Shown here in pieces: positions 37,451-47,090 of a stretch of DNA of 64,000 nt. Where the stretch lies: NCBI GenBank assembly GCA_963845665.1, contig CAWJTA010000002.1, forward strand, positions 1,251,388 to 1,315,387. Direction: 5' to 3'. The notes under the pieces are model-generated. The model made no database searches. It was not told where the DNA came from and worked only from the letters and a program-made list of their open reading frames with translations. The translations under genes were made by a program, and so were the position numbers. The stretch is from an uncultured Verrucomicrobiae bacterium. GTDB lineage: Bacteria; Verrucomicrobiota; Verrucomicrobiia; Limisphaerales; UBA11358. Within the stretch, counting starts at the first letter, position 1. Every line of letters starts with the position of its first letter.

Positions 37451-38063
37451 CTTCTCCCAGCGCGATATGAATTAAATCCCAGGCCACGTGCACGAGTGTG
37501 GCATGCACTTCCTGTATTCGATGAATGCTGTAGGAAGGCACAATAAAGGCGAAGTCGGCCATTTCCGCCAGACGGCCACCGTCCTTGCCCAGCCACGCGA
37601 CGGTAAGCATGCCCTTTTCTCGAGCAGCCTCGAAGGCGTAAATGAGATTTGGCGATTTTCCACTGGTGCTAACGCCAAGGGTCATGTCGCCTTCGTTGGC
37701 AAGTACATTCAGTTGATTGACGAAAACGCGCGAATAATCCACGTCGTTGCCAATGGCAGTCATCGTGGCAATGTCGGTCATGAGCGGAATGACAGGGAAG
37801 GCGCGGCGCTTTTCAATAATGGGATGCGTAAACTCGACGCTGAAATGCAGGGCGTCGCACAAACTGCCGCCGTTGCCCATGACGAGCAATTTTTTACCGG
37901 CCGAGAAGCGATTTGCCATCTCACGCGCCATGGCCTCGATTTGATCGGCATAGGCGCGAAAGAATTTCTCCTTCATTTCGACGCTCTCACCGCATTTGCG
38001 AAGGATTTTATCGCGCCAATTTTCGGTCTGTGTCGGCGGCGGGGGTGAAACGACTGTGCTCAT
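37437..38063 (-). CDS. SIS-domain protein (GmhA / phosphoheptose-isomerase-like) embedded between hypD and hypE
   Basis: 208 aa. [19 protein letters not shown] and [10 protein letters not shown] match the SIS/GmhA pattern. It overlaps hypD by 4 nt and hypE by 14 nt. Confidence 0.75.
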   Translation of the reverse strand: MSTVVSPPPPTQTENWRDKILRKCGESVEMKEKFFRAYADQIEAMAREMANRFSAGKKLLVMGNGGSLCDALHFSVEFTHPIIEKRRAFPVIPLMTDIATMTAIGNDVDYSRVFVNQLNVLANEGDMTLGVSTSGKSPNLIYAFEAAREKGMLTVAWLGKDGGRLAEMADFAFIVPSYSIHRIQEVHATLVHVAWDLIHIALGEDDVI

Positions 38064-39184
38064 GCTGCTCTCTCCATTTCATTGTTTTTGCAACCCTGCA
38101 GGTGCCGGCCATAGGCATAATAGGCGGCGCAGGCGCCTTCAGCCGAGACCATGGTGGCGCCGAGGGGATGTTCGGGGTTGCACTGTTTGCCAAACGCGGG
38201 ACAATCGTGAGGCTTTTTCAGGCCGCGCAAAACCAGGCCGCTGATGCAATCGGCCGGCTCCAGGGTATCGATTTCCTTTACCTCGAACAATCGTTCGGCG
38301 TCGTGGTCGCGAAATTCCCAGCGCAACTTATAGCCGCTCTTGGGGATCGAGCCCACCCCGCGCCATTTGCGGTCGCAGACTTCAAATACTTTTTCCACGA
38401 GTTGCCGTGCGCCCCGATTTCCTTCGCGCGAGACGATACGCGAATATTGGTTCTCTACTTCGGCCTTCCCGTTCTCCAATTGCCGAATGGTCATCAATGT
38501 TCCCTCCAACAGATCCAGTGGTTCAAATCCAGTAATGACGATCGGCACACGAAACCGAGCCGCTATCGGCTCATACTCGCGATAACCCATCACGGCGCAG
38601 ACGTGACCCGGGCCGAGAAAACCCTGCACACGATTGTTGGGCGATTGCAGAATTGACGCGATCGATGGCGGTACCAGGACGTGCGATACAAGAATCGAAA
38701 AGTTGCATATCCCCTGCTGCTTCGCCTGCCAGACAGACATGGCATTCGCCGGCGCGGTCGTTTCAAAACCGATCGCAAAGAAGACAACTTTTTTATCCGG
38801 ATTGGTCCGGGCAATTTTAAGGCAATCAATCGGAGAATAAACCACCCGGATATCCGCGCCGCGCGACTTCAAAGCCAGCAAATCCGACGTCGAACCCGGG
38901 ACCCGGAGCATATCTCCGAAAGAGCAAAAGATGACGCCCGGGCGGCCGGCGATGGCATGGGCCTTGTCAATCATCTCCAGCGACGTGACACAAACCGGGC
39001 AGCCGGGGCCGTGGACCAGTTCCACTTCAGCCGGCAGAAGACGATCCAGACCGTATTTGACAATGCTGTGTGTCTGGCCGCCACAGACTTCCATCAACAC
39101 CCACGGGCGCGTGACGGTCCGGCGAATTTCCGCCACAATTTTCTGCGCGACCGCTTCGTTGCGATATTCGTCCAGGTATTTCAT
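38060..39184 (-). CDS. hypD: Hydrogenase maturation protein HypD
   Basis: 374 aa with [25 protein letters not shown] and FETTAP motifs. Confidence 0.9.
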   Translation of the reverse strand: MKYLDEYRNEAVAQKIVAEIRRTVTRPWVLMEVCGGQTHSIVKYGLDRLLPAEVELVHGPGCPVCVTSLEMIDKAHAIAGRPGVIFCSFGDMLRVPGSTSDLLALKSRGADIRVVYSPIDCLKIARTNPDKKVVFFAIGFETTAPANAMSVWQAKQQGICNFSILVSHVLVPPSIASILQSPNNRVQGFLGPGHVCAVMGYREYEPIAARFRVPIVITGFEPLDLLEGTLMTIRQLENGKAEVENQYSRIVSREGNRGARQLVEKVFEVCDRKWRGVGSIPKSGYKLRWEFRDHDAERLFEVKEIDTLEPADCISGLVLRGLKKPHDCPAFGKQCNPEHPLGATMVSAEGACAAYYAYGRHLQGCKNNEMERAA

Positions 39185-39471
39185 GACCCGTCTCCATTTT
39201 CCTCAAACACGCTCGCATCAAATTGAGGCGTCTGCAGTTCGCCGAGCTGCTCCAAATCTTTCAGGGCCGCGAAGGTGCGCGCGGCTTCCTCTTCATTGAC
39301 AGTGCCGATAGCGAAACCGACATGGACCAGGAGATAATCGCCCGGTTTCGCCTCCGGGGCGTATTCGAGACAGACTTGTTTGACGATGCCGCCAAAATTA
39401 GCGCGGCCCATTCGAACACCCGCGGCATCCTGTTCAATTTCGATCAGCTTTCCTGGAATGGCGAGGCACAT
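39181..39471 (-). CDS. hypC: Hydrogenase assembly chaperone HypC/HupF
   Basis: 96 aa starting [12 protein letters not shown]. Confidence 0.9.
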   Translation of the reverse strand: MCLAIPGKLIEIEQDAAGVRMGRANFGGIVKQVCLEYAPEAKPGDYLLVHVGFAIGTVNEEEAARTFAALKDLEQLGELQTPQFDASVFEENGDGS

Positions 39472-39474
39472 AAT

Positions 39475-41838
39475 TCACAACTCCTTCATCGCGAGCGAAG
39501 CCCCGGCCGGGCGTGATTTCGAGAATTCCGGCAGCAACGGATCGGATTGAAACGGTTGCATCGCCGCGACGGCCTGGCCCAATGCAATGCCGCCATCGTT
39601 TGCCGGCACCCGCTGATGCCAATACGGTTTAAAGCCGGCCGCCTGCAATTTCAGCACGGAATTTTCCAGAAGGTATCGGTTTTGGAAACAGCCGCCGGTC
39701 AATGCGATTTTTGGTTCGCCAATTCTTTTGGCGATCTCAACGATCATATCCGTAAGAAAATTGTGACATTTGGCCGCAATGTCGCCAACGGAAACGCCAT
39801 CGGCGATGTCCTTTAATACGTTCAGAATCATAGCCCGCCAGTCCACAACCACGGGTGTCCCCGATAGCAGTTCAATCGGATAGGATTCGTTGACCTCCTC
39901 GCGCGCGGCAAATTCCAGGTCCATGGCCGCCTGACCTTCGAAACCGGCAATTTGGCGCAAGCCCAGCAGTGAGGCGACGGCGTCAAACAGCCGGCCCGCA
40001 CTGCTGGTCAAAGGTGAGTTGAACTGACGCGACAACATTTGACGAATCATCGACCGTTCGCTTTTTGAAAACGCGGCGAGCAATGGGGCAGTTGCGCGAT
40101 TGAACGCTTTTTCTCCAAAAAGCGTCCATAGAAGTCCTATTGCGGCGCGGCGGGGCTGACGGATTGCCAGGTCGCCGCCCGGCAACGGAAACTCGCGGAG
40201 ATGCGCCACACGTTCGAACGAACCGCGCCTAAGTAAAAGAAATTCGCCACCCCAGATTTTGCCGTCGGTTCCGAGTCCGGTCCCATCCCAGGCGACACCG
40301 AGAAGCGGCGGAGCTATTTCGTTCTCCGCGGCGCAAGACAGTACATGGGTGTAGTGATGTTGGGTCGGGACGACGGCGACACCCTGTTTTTCTGCCCATT
40401 TGGAAGAGAGGTATTCGGGATGCAGATCACAGGCGATAATATTGGGCGTTACATCATAAAGACGCTGGAGGTCATTGGCCGTCCGCTGGAAAGCCGCGTG
40501 CGCGGCTTCTGTTTCCAGGTCGCCGATGTGTTGGCTCAGGAAAACGTTTTCGCCGACGGCCAGAGCGACTGTATTTTTCAAATGTGAACCGGTCGCCAAA
40601 ACGATGGCGGTTGTGTTCGATTTGACCTTAATGGGCAGCGGCGCATAGCCGCGCGCGCGGCGGATGATCTGTTCCCGGCCAAAAACGACCCGGGCGATCG
40701 AGTCGTCCAAATGCCGGACAATCGGACGATTATGGACCAGAAACAAATCGGCGATGTCGCCAAGGCGCAATAACGCCTCGTTTTCGTCGATGCATATGGG
40801 TTCTCCGCCGAAATTGCCGCTCGTAGCGACGACAGGAAAATTCAATTCCCGCATCAAAATATGATGCAACGGCGTGCAGGGAAGCATAACGCCGAGGTTT
40901 GGATTTTTCGGCGCAACAAGTGCCGCGATCTCAGATTTGGAAGCAGGTGATCGTTTAAGCAGTACAATTGGCGCTTCAGGCGATTGCAATAAACGCTCCT
41001 CGAATGTGTTCATTTTGCATTCGGAATTTACAGCTTCCGGATTTGGAAACATGACAGCGAACGGTTTCTCCTCGCGGTTCTTTCGTTCGCGCAACCGCCG
41101 AACAGCCGTCGCTTCGCGGGCATCCACTAACAATTGGAATCCTCCAAGTCCTTTGAGTGCGAGAATCCAGCCTTCACGAATTGCAACGGCGGCGGCCGCC
41201 AGTGCGTCATGTCCAGACACAAAAACATTCCCATCGGCGTCCCACAATTCCAACCGTGGCCCGCAGGTGGGACAGGCTGTAGGTTGCGCGTGAAATCGGC
41301 GGTTCGCCGGGTTATGGTATTCCTCGTCGCAGGCCGGGCAGAGTGCGAAACCTTTCATTGCGGTGTTGGGCCGGTCATAGGGAAGCGATTCAATGATGCT
41401 GAAGCGCGGACCACAATGAGTGCAATTCGTGAAGGGATACAGGTAGCGGCGATTTTGCGGGTCGAAAATTTCATGCAAGCACTCTCGACAAGTCGCGATG
41501 TCCGGTAGAATGAACGCTCGTCTCTCGCCGGTCTCGCGGCTCGGTAGAATCTCGAACCGTTCATAACCAACGGCATCGAGAAAAGAAAACTCGAGACTCT
41601 GAATTCTTGCATGGGCCGGTTTCTCGCTTTCAAGAGCCAGGAGAAATTTATCCAACGCCTCGCGAGGTCCTTCTACTTCCGAATAAACTCCCTGTGAAGA
41701 GTTCAAAACGTGTCCGTATAGGCCCAGATCGACTGCCAGACGAAAGATAAAAGGCCGAAAACCGACGCCCTGCACAGCGCCACGGACGATGATCTTTGCG
41801 CGTTCGATTTTCACAGTGTCAGGATTTTTTCGTCGCAA
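39475..41838 (-). CDS. hypF: Carbamoyltransferase HypF
   Basis: Acylphosphatase domain (VRGAVQGVGFRPF), two CxxC-x18-CxxC zinc fingers, and YrdC and Kae1-like domains. The alternative start GTG 41814 overlaps the upstream stop as GTGA and is at least as likely as ATG 41838. Confidence 0.9.
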   Translation of the reverse strand: MRRKNPDTVKIERAKIIVRGAVQGVGFRPFIFRLAVDLGLYGHVLNSSQGVYSEVEGPREALDKFLLALESEKPAHARIQSLEFSFLDAVGYERFEILPSRETGERRAFILPDIATCRECLHEIFDPQNRRYLYPFTNCTHCGPRFSIIESLPYDRPNTAMKGFALCPACDEEYHNPANRRFHAQPTACPTCGPRLELWDADGNVFVSGHDALAAAAVAIREGWILALKGLGGFQLLVDAREATAVRRLRERKNREEKPFAVMFPNPEAVNSECKMNTFEERLLQSPEAPIVLLKRSPASKSEIAALVAPKNPNLGVMLPCTPLHHILMRELNFPVVATSGNFGGEPICIDENEALLRLGDIADLFLVHNRPIVRHLDDSIARVVFGREQIIRRARGYAPLPIKVKSNTTAIVLATGSHLKNTVALAVGENVFLSQHIGDLETEAAHAAFQRTANDLQRLYDVTPNIIACDLHPEYLSSKWAEKQGVAVVPTQHHYTHVLSCAAENEIAPPLLGVAWDGTGLGTDGKIWGGEFLLLRRGSFERVAHLREFPLPGGDLAIRQPRRAAIGLLWTLFGEKAFNRATAPLLAAFSKSERSMIRQMLSRQFNSPLTSSAGRLFDAVASLLGLRQIAGFEGQAAMDLEFAAREEVNESYPIELLSGTPVVVDWRAMILNVLKDIADGVSVGDIAAKCHNFLTDMIVEIAKRIGEPKIALTGGCFQNRYLLENSVLKLQAAGFKPYWHQRVPANDGGIALGQAVAAMQPFQSDPLLPEFSKSRPAGASLAMKEL

Positions 41839-42398
41839 ACCAGGGGCGTGGCGGACGGTTCCTGTTTCCCGACATTCTCGACTTCAAATCCCAGAAGGTC
41901 CGGACACGCCTCTTCAATTACCTGACGAACCGCCAGTTCGAGGGTTACTGTCGAAGAAGGGCAGGTCTTGCATGTGCCCTGAAGGCGCAAGGTGGCAACC
42001 TCATTTTCCAGTCGAATCAACTCAACGTTGCCGCCGTGGCTCTGCAAATACGGGCGGATCTTGCCGAGCGCTTCCTGCAATCGCATCTCCAGGCTTTGCG
42101 GATGGAGGCCGTGGACAAACAGCAAACCGCGAATGAGTTTGTCCCGCACCAAAACGTCGATAACTTTCTTTCCCTCCGCGCCGGCATTATTCGCCAACTG
42201 CAAAACACGGGCAAGGGCATCGCCGTAAAGGGCCAGAACATTCTCCAAACATTCCTGAAGCAGGGTCCGCGCATGCTCATCGGCAATCGACTCGATTTGC
42301 CCGATGAGATTCTCGATTTCTTTTTCCCTGGAGCCCCCCGCGGTTTTCCCGCCCGCCGTCAAAGGCGTCGTCGTTGCGTTTGTAGAGATCGTGCCCAT
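41811..42398 (-). CDS. NifU C-terminal-domain (Nfu-type) protein
   Basis: HGGNVELIRLENEVATLRLQGTCKTCPSSTVTLELAVRQVIEEACPDL. The start is placed at ATG 42398, one nt after the hypA stop; the track ORF extends to 42488, inside hypA. Confidence 0.7.
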   Translation of the reverse strand: MGTISTNATTTPLTAGGKTAGGSREKEIENLIGQIESIADEHARTLLQECLENVLALYGDALARVLQLANNAGAEGKKVIDVLVRDKLIRGLLFVHGLHPQSLEMRLQEALGKIRPYLQSHGGNVELIRLENEVATLRLQGTCKTCPSSTVTLELAVRQVIEEACPDLLGFEVENVGKQEPSATPLVCDEKILTL

Positions 42399-42399
42399 T

Positions 42400-42789
42400 T
42401 CAGGGGGTATTTTGAATTTCACGCCTGGCGAAACGGACGGACCGAATTTTGCAGTCGTGACCGGCGGTCGCTTCGGCGGCACGACCACAGCGGGGACATT
42501 GCAGTGTGGGAACGGAAATCGTCAGGGCGTCGTCCCATCGTCGCGGTGCACCATGGTAATGACAATGCGGGCACTGAACCAAAGCCTGAACGGTTTCAAT
42601 TTCGAGGCTGGAACCCTTCAGTTCCGAATTTTCGACCAGCGACGTGTAGCAAAACTTCAACTGCTGCGCTTCGACGCAGGTCAGTTCGCCCAGTTGGACA
42701 CACACCTCCAAAATCTCTTTGTCGGGATGGGCGGCGGCAAATTCTGAGATGGTCTCCATAATGTCCGCGGCAATGGAAAATTCATGCAT
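42400..42789 (-). CDS. hypA: Nickel-insertion protein HypA
   Basis: It starts MHEFSIAADIMETI at 42789 and has the zinc motif CPHCHY...CPRCG. The track's longer ORF (to 42855) adds an arginine-rich, non-homologous leader. Confidence 0.85.
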   Translation of the reverse strand: MHEFSIAADIMETISEFAAAHPDKEILEVCVQLGELTCVEAQQLKFCYTSLVENSELKGSSLEIETVQALVQCPHCHYHGAPRRWDDALTISVPTLQCPRCGRAAEATAGHDCKIRSVRFARREIQNTP

Positions 42790-42800
42790 CGCATCATCGT

Positions 42801-43475
42801 TCAGTGGGCCAGCAGTTCGGTGGCGACTTCGTTGACGCCGATTCCGTGTTTGCAACTGGCCGGAACCACTTTAAGGCCGGGTTTAAGCGTCAGAACGTCC
42901 GCGGCCAATTCTTCCACGCTCACGCCCATGGCTGAGGCGAGGTCAATCTTGTTGATGACGACCAGATCCGCGCCCAGAAACATATGCGGATGTTTTCTGA
43001 CCATGTACGGGCCCTCAGTCACGCTAATAACGACCACACGCGCGCGCGCGCCCAGGGGAAATTCGGCGGGACAAATCAGATTACCGACGTTCTCGATGAA
43101 GATGAGGGCCGTTTTCGCCAGTTCAATCTTTTGGAGCGCCTTTCCTATCAAATTCGCGTCGAGGTGGCAGCCATTGACGGTGGAAATTTGAACGACCGGA
43201 ACTCCCTGGTCCGCTATGGCATCGGCGTCGGTCGTTGTTGTGGCGTCGCCGTTGAATATGGCGACGCCCATTTTTGCCTTTAACCTTTCAGCGAGGCGGG
43301 TGATGAGGGTGGTTTTGCCCGAGCCGATAGCGCCCATAAAATCGATGGCCGTGGTTCCATGTTTGTCCAACAGGGCGCGATTTTCGCGCGCGATCTTTGC
43401 GTTGGCTTCGAGCAAACTGTGTTCAAGTTCGATATCGTAGGTTTCAGTTGGCAGGGCTTCGATTTTTGTCAGCAT
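42801..43475 (-). CDS. hypB: Nickel metallochaperone GTPase HypB
   Basis: 224 aa with the P-loop GAIGSGKTTL and ENVGNLICP. There is no His-rich stretch. Confidence 0.9.
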   Translation of the reverse strand: MLTKIEALPTETYDIELEHSLLEANAKIARENRALLDKHGTTAIDFMGAIGSGKTTLITRLAERLKAKMGVAIFNGDATTTTDADAIADQGVPVVQISTVNGCHLDANLIGKALQKIELAKTALIFIENVGNLICPAEFPLGARARVVVISVTEGPYMVRKHPHMFLGADLVVINKIDLASAMGVSVEELAADVLTLKPGLKVVPASCKHGIGVNEVATELLAH

Positions 43476-43479
43476 AGTT

Positions 43480-45309
43480 TTATTTCTTTTGCAGCTTCAT
43501 TAACGCGGTTGGGGTATGCATTTCCTTGAGGACTTTTCCGCCGCCGAGATACATATGAACACCGCAAGGCAGACAGGGATCGAAACTTCGGACGGCACGC
43601 ATAATGTCAATGCCTCTGAAATTGTCCGGGCCATTTTCCTCAAAAATCGGTGTGTTTTGCACCGCATCTTCGTAAGGGCCGGGCGTGCCGTAACTGTCGC
43701 GCGGGCTGGCATTCCAGGGTGTTGGCGGATAAGGATGATAATTGGCGACGCGACCCTTGCGGATGACTAAATGGTGGGACAGCACCCCACGCACGGCTTC
43801 ATGAAATCCGCAGCCGATGGCCTCATCAGGAACTTCAAACGGCGTGAAGGTTTGTGTTTTGCCTGCGTGGACCAGTTTCATCGCCTGTTCGCAGCAAAAG
43901 AGTCCGACGGCTGCCGCATAGGCCTGGAAATAGGTTCGCGCCCGATCGCGTTCAATGGCATTGCTCCATTTAGGTATGCGCCAGGTAAATTCGCATTCGC
44001 CGAGCGTGGCGGTTTTTGGGAGGCGAATCCTCACTGTGCCATCGCCTGGCGCTTTGACGTAGCCTATGTCGACAAGGCCTGCGAGGGCGGTTGTCCAAAG
44101 CCGGGCGATGGGTCCGCCGCCGGTGTCGAGCGCGAGATGGTCTTTACCGTCAAACCACCGTGGCGACATGACCCAGGTGTAATTGCCGTTGAAGTCGCGC
44201 TTTTGCGGTTTGGGAATGGTCGTCTGATTCCACGGATGACGTTTGTCGATCGGATTGCCCAGGGGATCGCTTTTGACAAACGTTTCGCCTTGGTCAGCCC
44301 AGTCCTGGTAGTATGACGATCCGAGCAAAATACGGAGGCCCAGATTGATGTCCACGAGGCTCGTCGTTACCAGCTTGCCGTCCACGACAACTCCCGGCGT
44401 GACATACATTCCCCGTCCCCACTTCTCCATATTTGCGTATTTGTAATCGCACACGTCGGGGTCCTGAAAGGAACCCCAACAGCCCAGTAGAATTCGTCTT
44501 TGACCGACTTGTTCGTAACCGGGAAGCGCCTCGTAAAAGAAATTGAAAAGATCGTCGTGCAGCGGCACGACTTTTTTCATGAATTCCACGTATTTCATCA
44601 AGCGCACCAGATAATCCGTGAACACCTGGATGGATGGCACTGTTCCGACGCCGCCCGGATAGAGAGTCGAGGGATGAACATGACGGCCTTCCATCAGGCA
44701 AAACATTTCACGCGTCAGCCGGCTCATCTGCAGCGCCTCGCGATAGAATTCGCCCTCGAACGGATTCAAGGCGTGCATGATGTCGCCGATCGTGCGGTAA
44801 CCATGGTCTTTGGCGTGAGGCGCTTCGGTCTTTTTTGCGCGCTCCCAAACACCGGGATTGGTTTCTTTGACCATCATCTCGCAGAAATCCACGCCCACGA
44901 GGTTGTCCTGAAAAATATTGTGGTCGAACATGTACTCCGCGGCTTCGCCCAGGTTCAAAATGCACTCGCCCAGCGGCGGTGGCTTGATGCCATAAGCCAT
45001 GTTTTGCGCATAAAGCGAACAGGTCGCATGGTTGTCACCGCAAATGCCGCATATACGGCTCGTAATAAAATGCGTATCGCGCGGGTCCTTGTTCTGCATA
45101 AAAATGCTGTAGCCTCGAAAGATCGAAGCCGTGCTGTGGCACTCCAGTACTTTTTTATTCGTGAAATCGATCTTCGTATAAATCCCCAGGCTGCCAACAA
45201 TGCGTGTGATTGGGTCCCAGTTCATTTCGACAATATTGCCGTTTCCACCGTGTTTCGGAGACACGTATTGCGTTTTGGCCGTTGCTGCTGGTTCTGCTAA
45301 AGCTGGCAT
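43480..45309 (-). CDS. hhyL: [NiFe]-hydrogenase large subunit, group 1h/5 (Hhy-like) signatures
   Basis: 609 aa. The N-terminal Ni-binding motif is TSRICGICGDNHATC and the C-terminal motif is SFDPCLPCGVHMY, followed by a 24-aa cleavable tail. Confidence 0.85.
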   Translation of the reverse strand: MPALAEPAATAKTQYVSPKHGGNGNIVEMNWDPITRIVGSLGIYTKIDFTNKKVLECHSTASIFRGYSIFMQNKDPRDTHFITSRICGICGDNHATCSLYAQNMAYGIKPPPLGECILNLGEAAEYMFDHNIFQDNLVGVDFCEMMVKETNPGVWERAKKTEAPHAKDHGYRTIGDIMHALNPFEGEFYREALQMSRLTREMFCLMEGRHVHPSTLYPGGVGTVPSIQVFTDYLVRLMKYVEFMKKVVPLHDDLFNFFYEALPGYEQVGQRRILLGCWGSFQDPDVCDYKYANMEKWGRGMYVTPGVVVDGKLVTTSLVDINLGLRILLGSSYYQDWADQGETFVKSDPLGNPIDKRHPWNQTTIPKPQKRDFNGNYTWVMSPRWFDGKDHLALDTGGGPIARLWTTALAGLVDIGYVKAPGDGTVRIRLPKTATLGECEFTWRIPKWSNAIERDRARTYFQAYAAAVGLFCCEQAMKLVHAGKTQTFTPFEVPDEAIGCGFHEAVRGVLSHHLVIRKGRVANYHPYPPTPWNASPRDSYGTPGPYEDAVQNTPIFEENGPDNFRGIDIMRAVRSFDPCLPCGVHMYLGGGKVLKEMHTPTALMKLQKK

Positions 45310-45323
45310 AAAACATTCCCTGG

Positions 45324-46424
45324 TTACATTGTGACTTTTTCTTTTTTCGCATGACGACTGCCGTTGCCATTGCCGTAAAATTCAGGCCGATATCCAGTGT
45401 CTAAATGCGGTTCGATATGACGCCACCTTGGTTCTTTATTCAATGTCCGGTTGGTTATGGCGCGGAGGGCTCGGATCATTCCGCCGTAGGGCCGTATGAA
45501 GGTGCTGGATAGCGATGCTCCCGGCGGCTCGTCCATGAACGGCATGAACTTGTCCGGAAATCCCGGCATGGTGCAGCCGATGCAAATGCCACCGACGTTT
45601 GGGCAACCGCCAATGCCGTCCATCCATCCGCGCTTGGTGACATTGCAATTGACGACCGGTCCCCAGCAGCCAATTTTTACCAGGCACTTGGGCGAACCGT
45701 ATTCGTGCGCAAAATCGCCCTGCTCGTAGTAAGAGCCCCGGTCACATCCTTCGTGAACGGTCTTCCCAAAAAGCCACGTGGGCCGCAATTGTTCGTCCAG
45801 CGGAATAACCGGCGCCAGTCCGGCAACCTGGTAAAGTAGATAGAGCAACGTTTCCATCATGTTGTCCGGCTGAACGGGACAACCGGGAACGTTGACGATC
45901 GGCAGGCCAGCCTTCGATTTCCAATTCCACCCAAGATAATCGGCCAATCCCATTGCGCCGGTCGGATTGCCCTGCATGGCGTGAATGCCGCCGAATGTCG
46001 CGCACGTTCCGGCAGCGATCACGGCCGTGGCTTGCGGCGCCAGGCGATCAATCCATTCGTTCGTCGTGATAGGCTGGCCCGTTCGCGGATCCGTTCCCAT
46101 CGCGGCCCAATAACCTTCGCTCTTGATCTTTTCATTTGGAACCGAGCCTTCGAGCACGAGCACAAATGGCTCCAGCTTTCCCTCGACTGCCAGGTACCAA
46201 TACTTCATGAAATCGTCGCCCACTTCGTAAGCCAGTACTGGATTATGCAAATGAACTTTGGGCAACCCGGGAATATTCCCCATGACGACGTCCTCGATGC
46301 TGGGCAATGACGCGGCGGTCGTTGAAACCGAGTCGCCATCGCAACTCAGACCGGTTGTCATCCAAACGACGTGAATCTCCTTAACCGCGGGTGGATGATC
46401 CGCGTTGAGCTCTGGCGTTTTCAT
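45324..46424 (-). CDS. hhyS: [NiFe]-hydrogenase small subunit without Tat signal or membrane anchor
   Basis: 366 aa. There is no RRxF twin-arginine leader. It has GLSCDGDS in place of the usual CxGC, together with GTCATFGG, VPGCP and CIGC cluster ligands. Confidence 0.85.
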   Translation of the reverse strand: MKTPELNADHPPAVKEIHVVWMTTGLSCDGDSVSTTAASLPSIEDVVMGNIPGLPKVHLHNPVLAYEVGDDFMKYWYLAVEGKLEPFVLVLEGSVPNEKIKSEGYWAAMGTDPRTGQPITTNEWIDRLAPQATAVIAAGTCATFGGIHAMQGNPTGAMGLADYLGWNWKSKAGLPIVNVPGCPVQPDNMMETLLYLLYQVAGLAPVIPLDEQLRPTWLFGKTVHEGCDRGSYYEQGDFAHEYGSPKCLVKIGCWGPVVNCNVTKRGWMDGIGGCPNVGGICIGCTMPGFPDKFMPFMDEPPGASLSSTFIRPYGGMIRALRAITNRTLNKEPRWRHIEPHLDTGYRPEFYGNGNGSRHAKKEKVTM

Positions 46425-46440
46425 ACGATTCCTTTCCCTG

Positions 46441-46560
46441 TCACATGTTCAACAAGCGTAATTCCCGCCGAATGGACGGCAATTCGCGAACCATAAGGGC
46501 GACGAAAGCCGATACGCCCAGTCCCAACACCACAATCCACGCTATCAATGCTGCACTCAT
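46441..46560 (-). CDS. Unannotated 39-codon ORF encoding a single-pass TM micropeptide (MSAALIAWIVVLGLGVSAFVALMVRELPSIRRELRLLNM)
   Basis: My own translation; the ORF is below the 60-aa cutoff of the track. A strong SD (AAAGGAGAAATT) lies directly before the ATG and directly after the protease stop. It fills the only sizeable gap of the operon. Confidence 0.55.
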   Translation of the reverse strand: MSAALIAWIVVLGLGVSAFVALMVRELPSIRRELRLLNM

Positions 46561-46571
46561 AATTTCTCCTT

Positions 46572-47090
46572 TCATGCTGGAACGAATCCAGCGATTTCCC
46601 ATTCTTGCTTGTTTTGGCCCAATAAGTCTTTGACAAGGGAATCAATCATTTCAATCGCTTTGGGAAATACCTCGCGAACTATCGGGCTTAGCCCCATTTG
46701 GCCGTCTTCATTTCCACAGTTCGCGGGTTCGCATCCCACGACGAACAATTTGCTGCAAACATTCCCGAGGCAGCGGGCCATGTGAATCACGGCCACTGGA
46801 TCCATCGTGTGTGCGTCCACGCTCCGGTTTTCCGGACAGCCTGGATCCTCAACCTTCGGTTCAATCAAATAGAGAGCGCCCGGTCCGCCACCGCATCCCA
46901 CCGCATCGACGAGTATGACCGCATCAAAGTTGTCCGTCAGCGCGAAGGCAAGGTCATAGCTGCGAACACCGAAGTCCGCGACAGTGACGCCGTCCGGAAC
47001 CCCGCGGACGGTCAATTGATGAACCACTTCACAACCGAAGGCGTCATCGCCGAGAAAGATATTCCCGATTCCTGCTATGAGAATTTTCAT
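46572..47090 (-). CDS. Hydrogenase maturation endopeptidase (HupD/HyaD/HybD family)
   Basis: 172 aa with MKILIAGIGNIFLGDDAFG, LVDAV and the His ligand context. Confidence 0.85.
   Translation of the reverse strand: MKILIAGIGNIFLGDDAFGCEVVHQLTVRGVPDGVTVADFGVRSYDLAFALTDNFDAVILVDAVGCGGGPGALYLIEPKVEDPGCPENRSVDAHTMDPVAVIHMARCLGNVCSKLFVVGCEPANCGNEDGQMGLSPIVREVFPKAIEMIDSLVKDLLGQNKQEWEIAGFVPA

Noticed and set aside
46421-46645. 74-aa ORF from the track spanning the protease-hhyS gap
   Set aside because: It overlaps the 3' end of the protease gene and has no SD sequence. It is in a different frame from the 39-codon ORF, which has a strong SD and a clean TM helix, so I preferred the latter.
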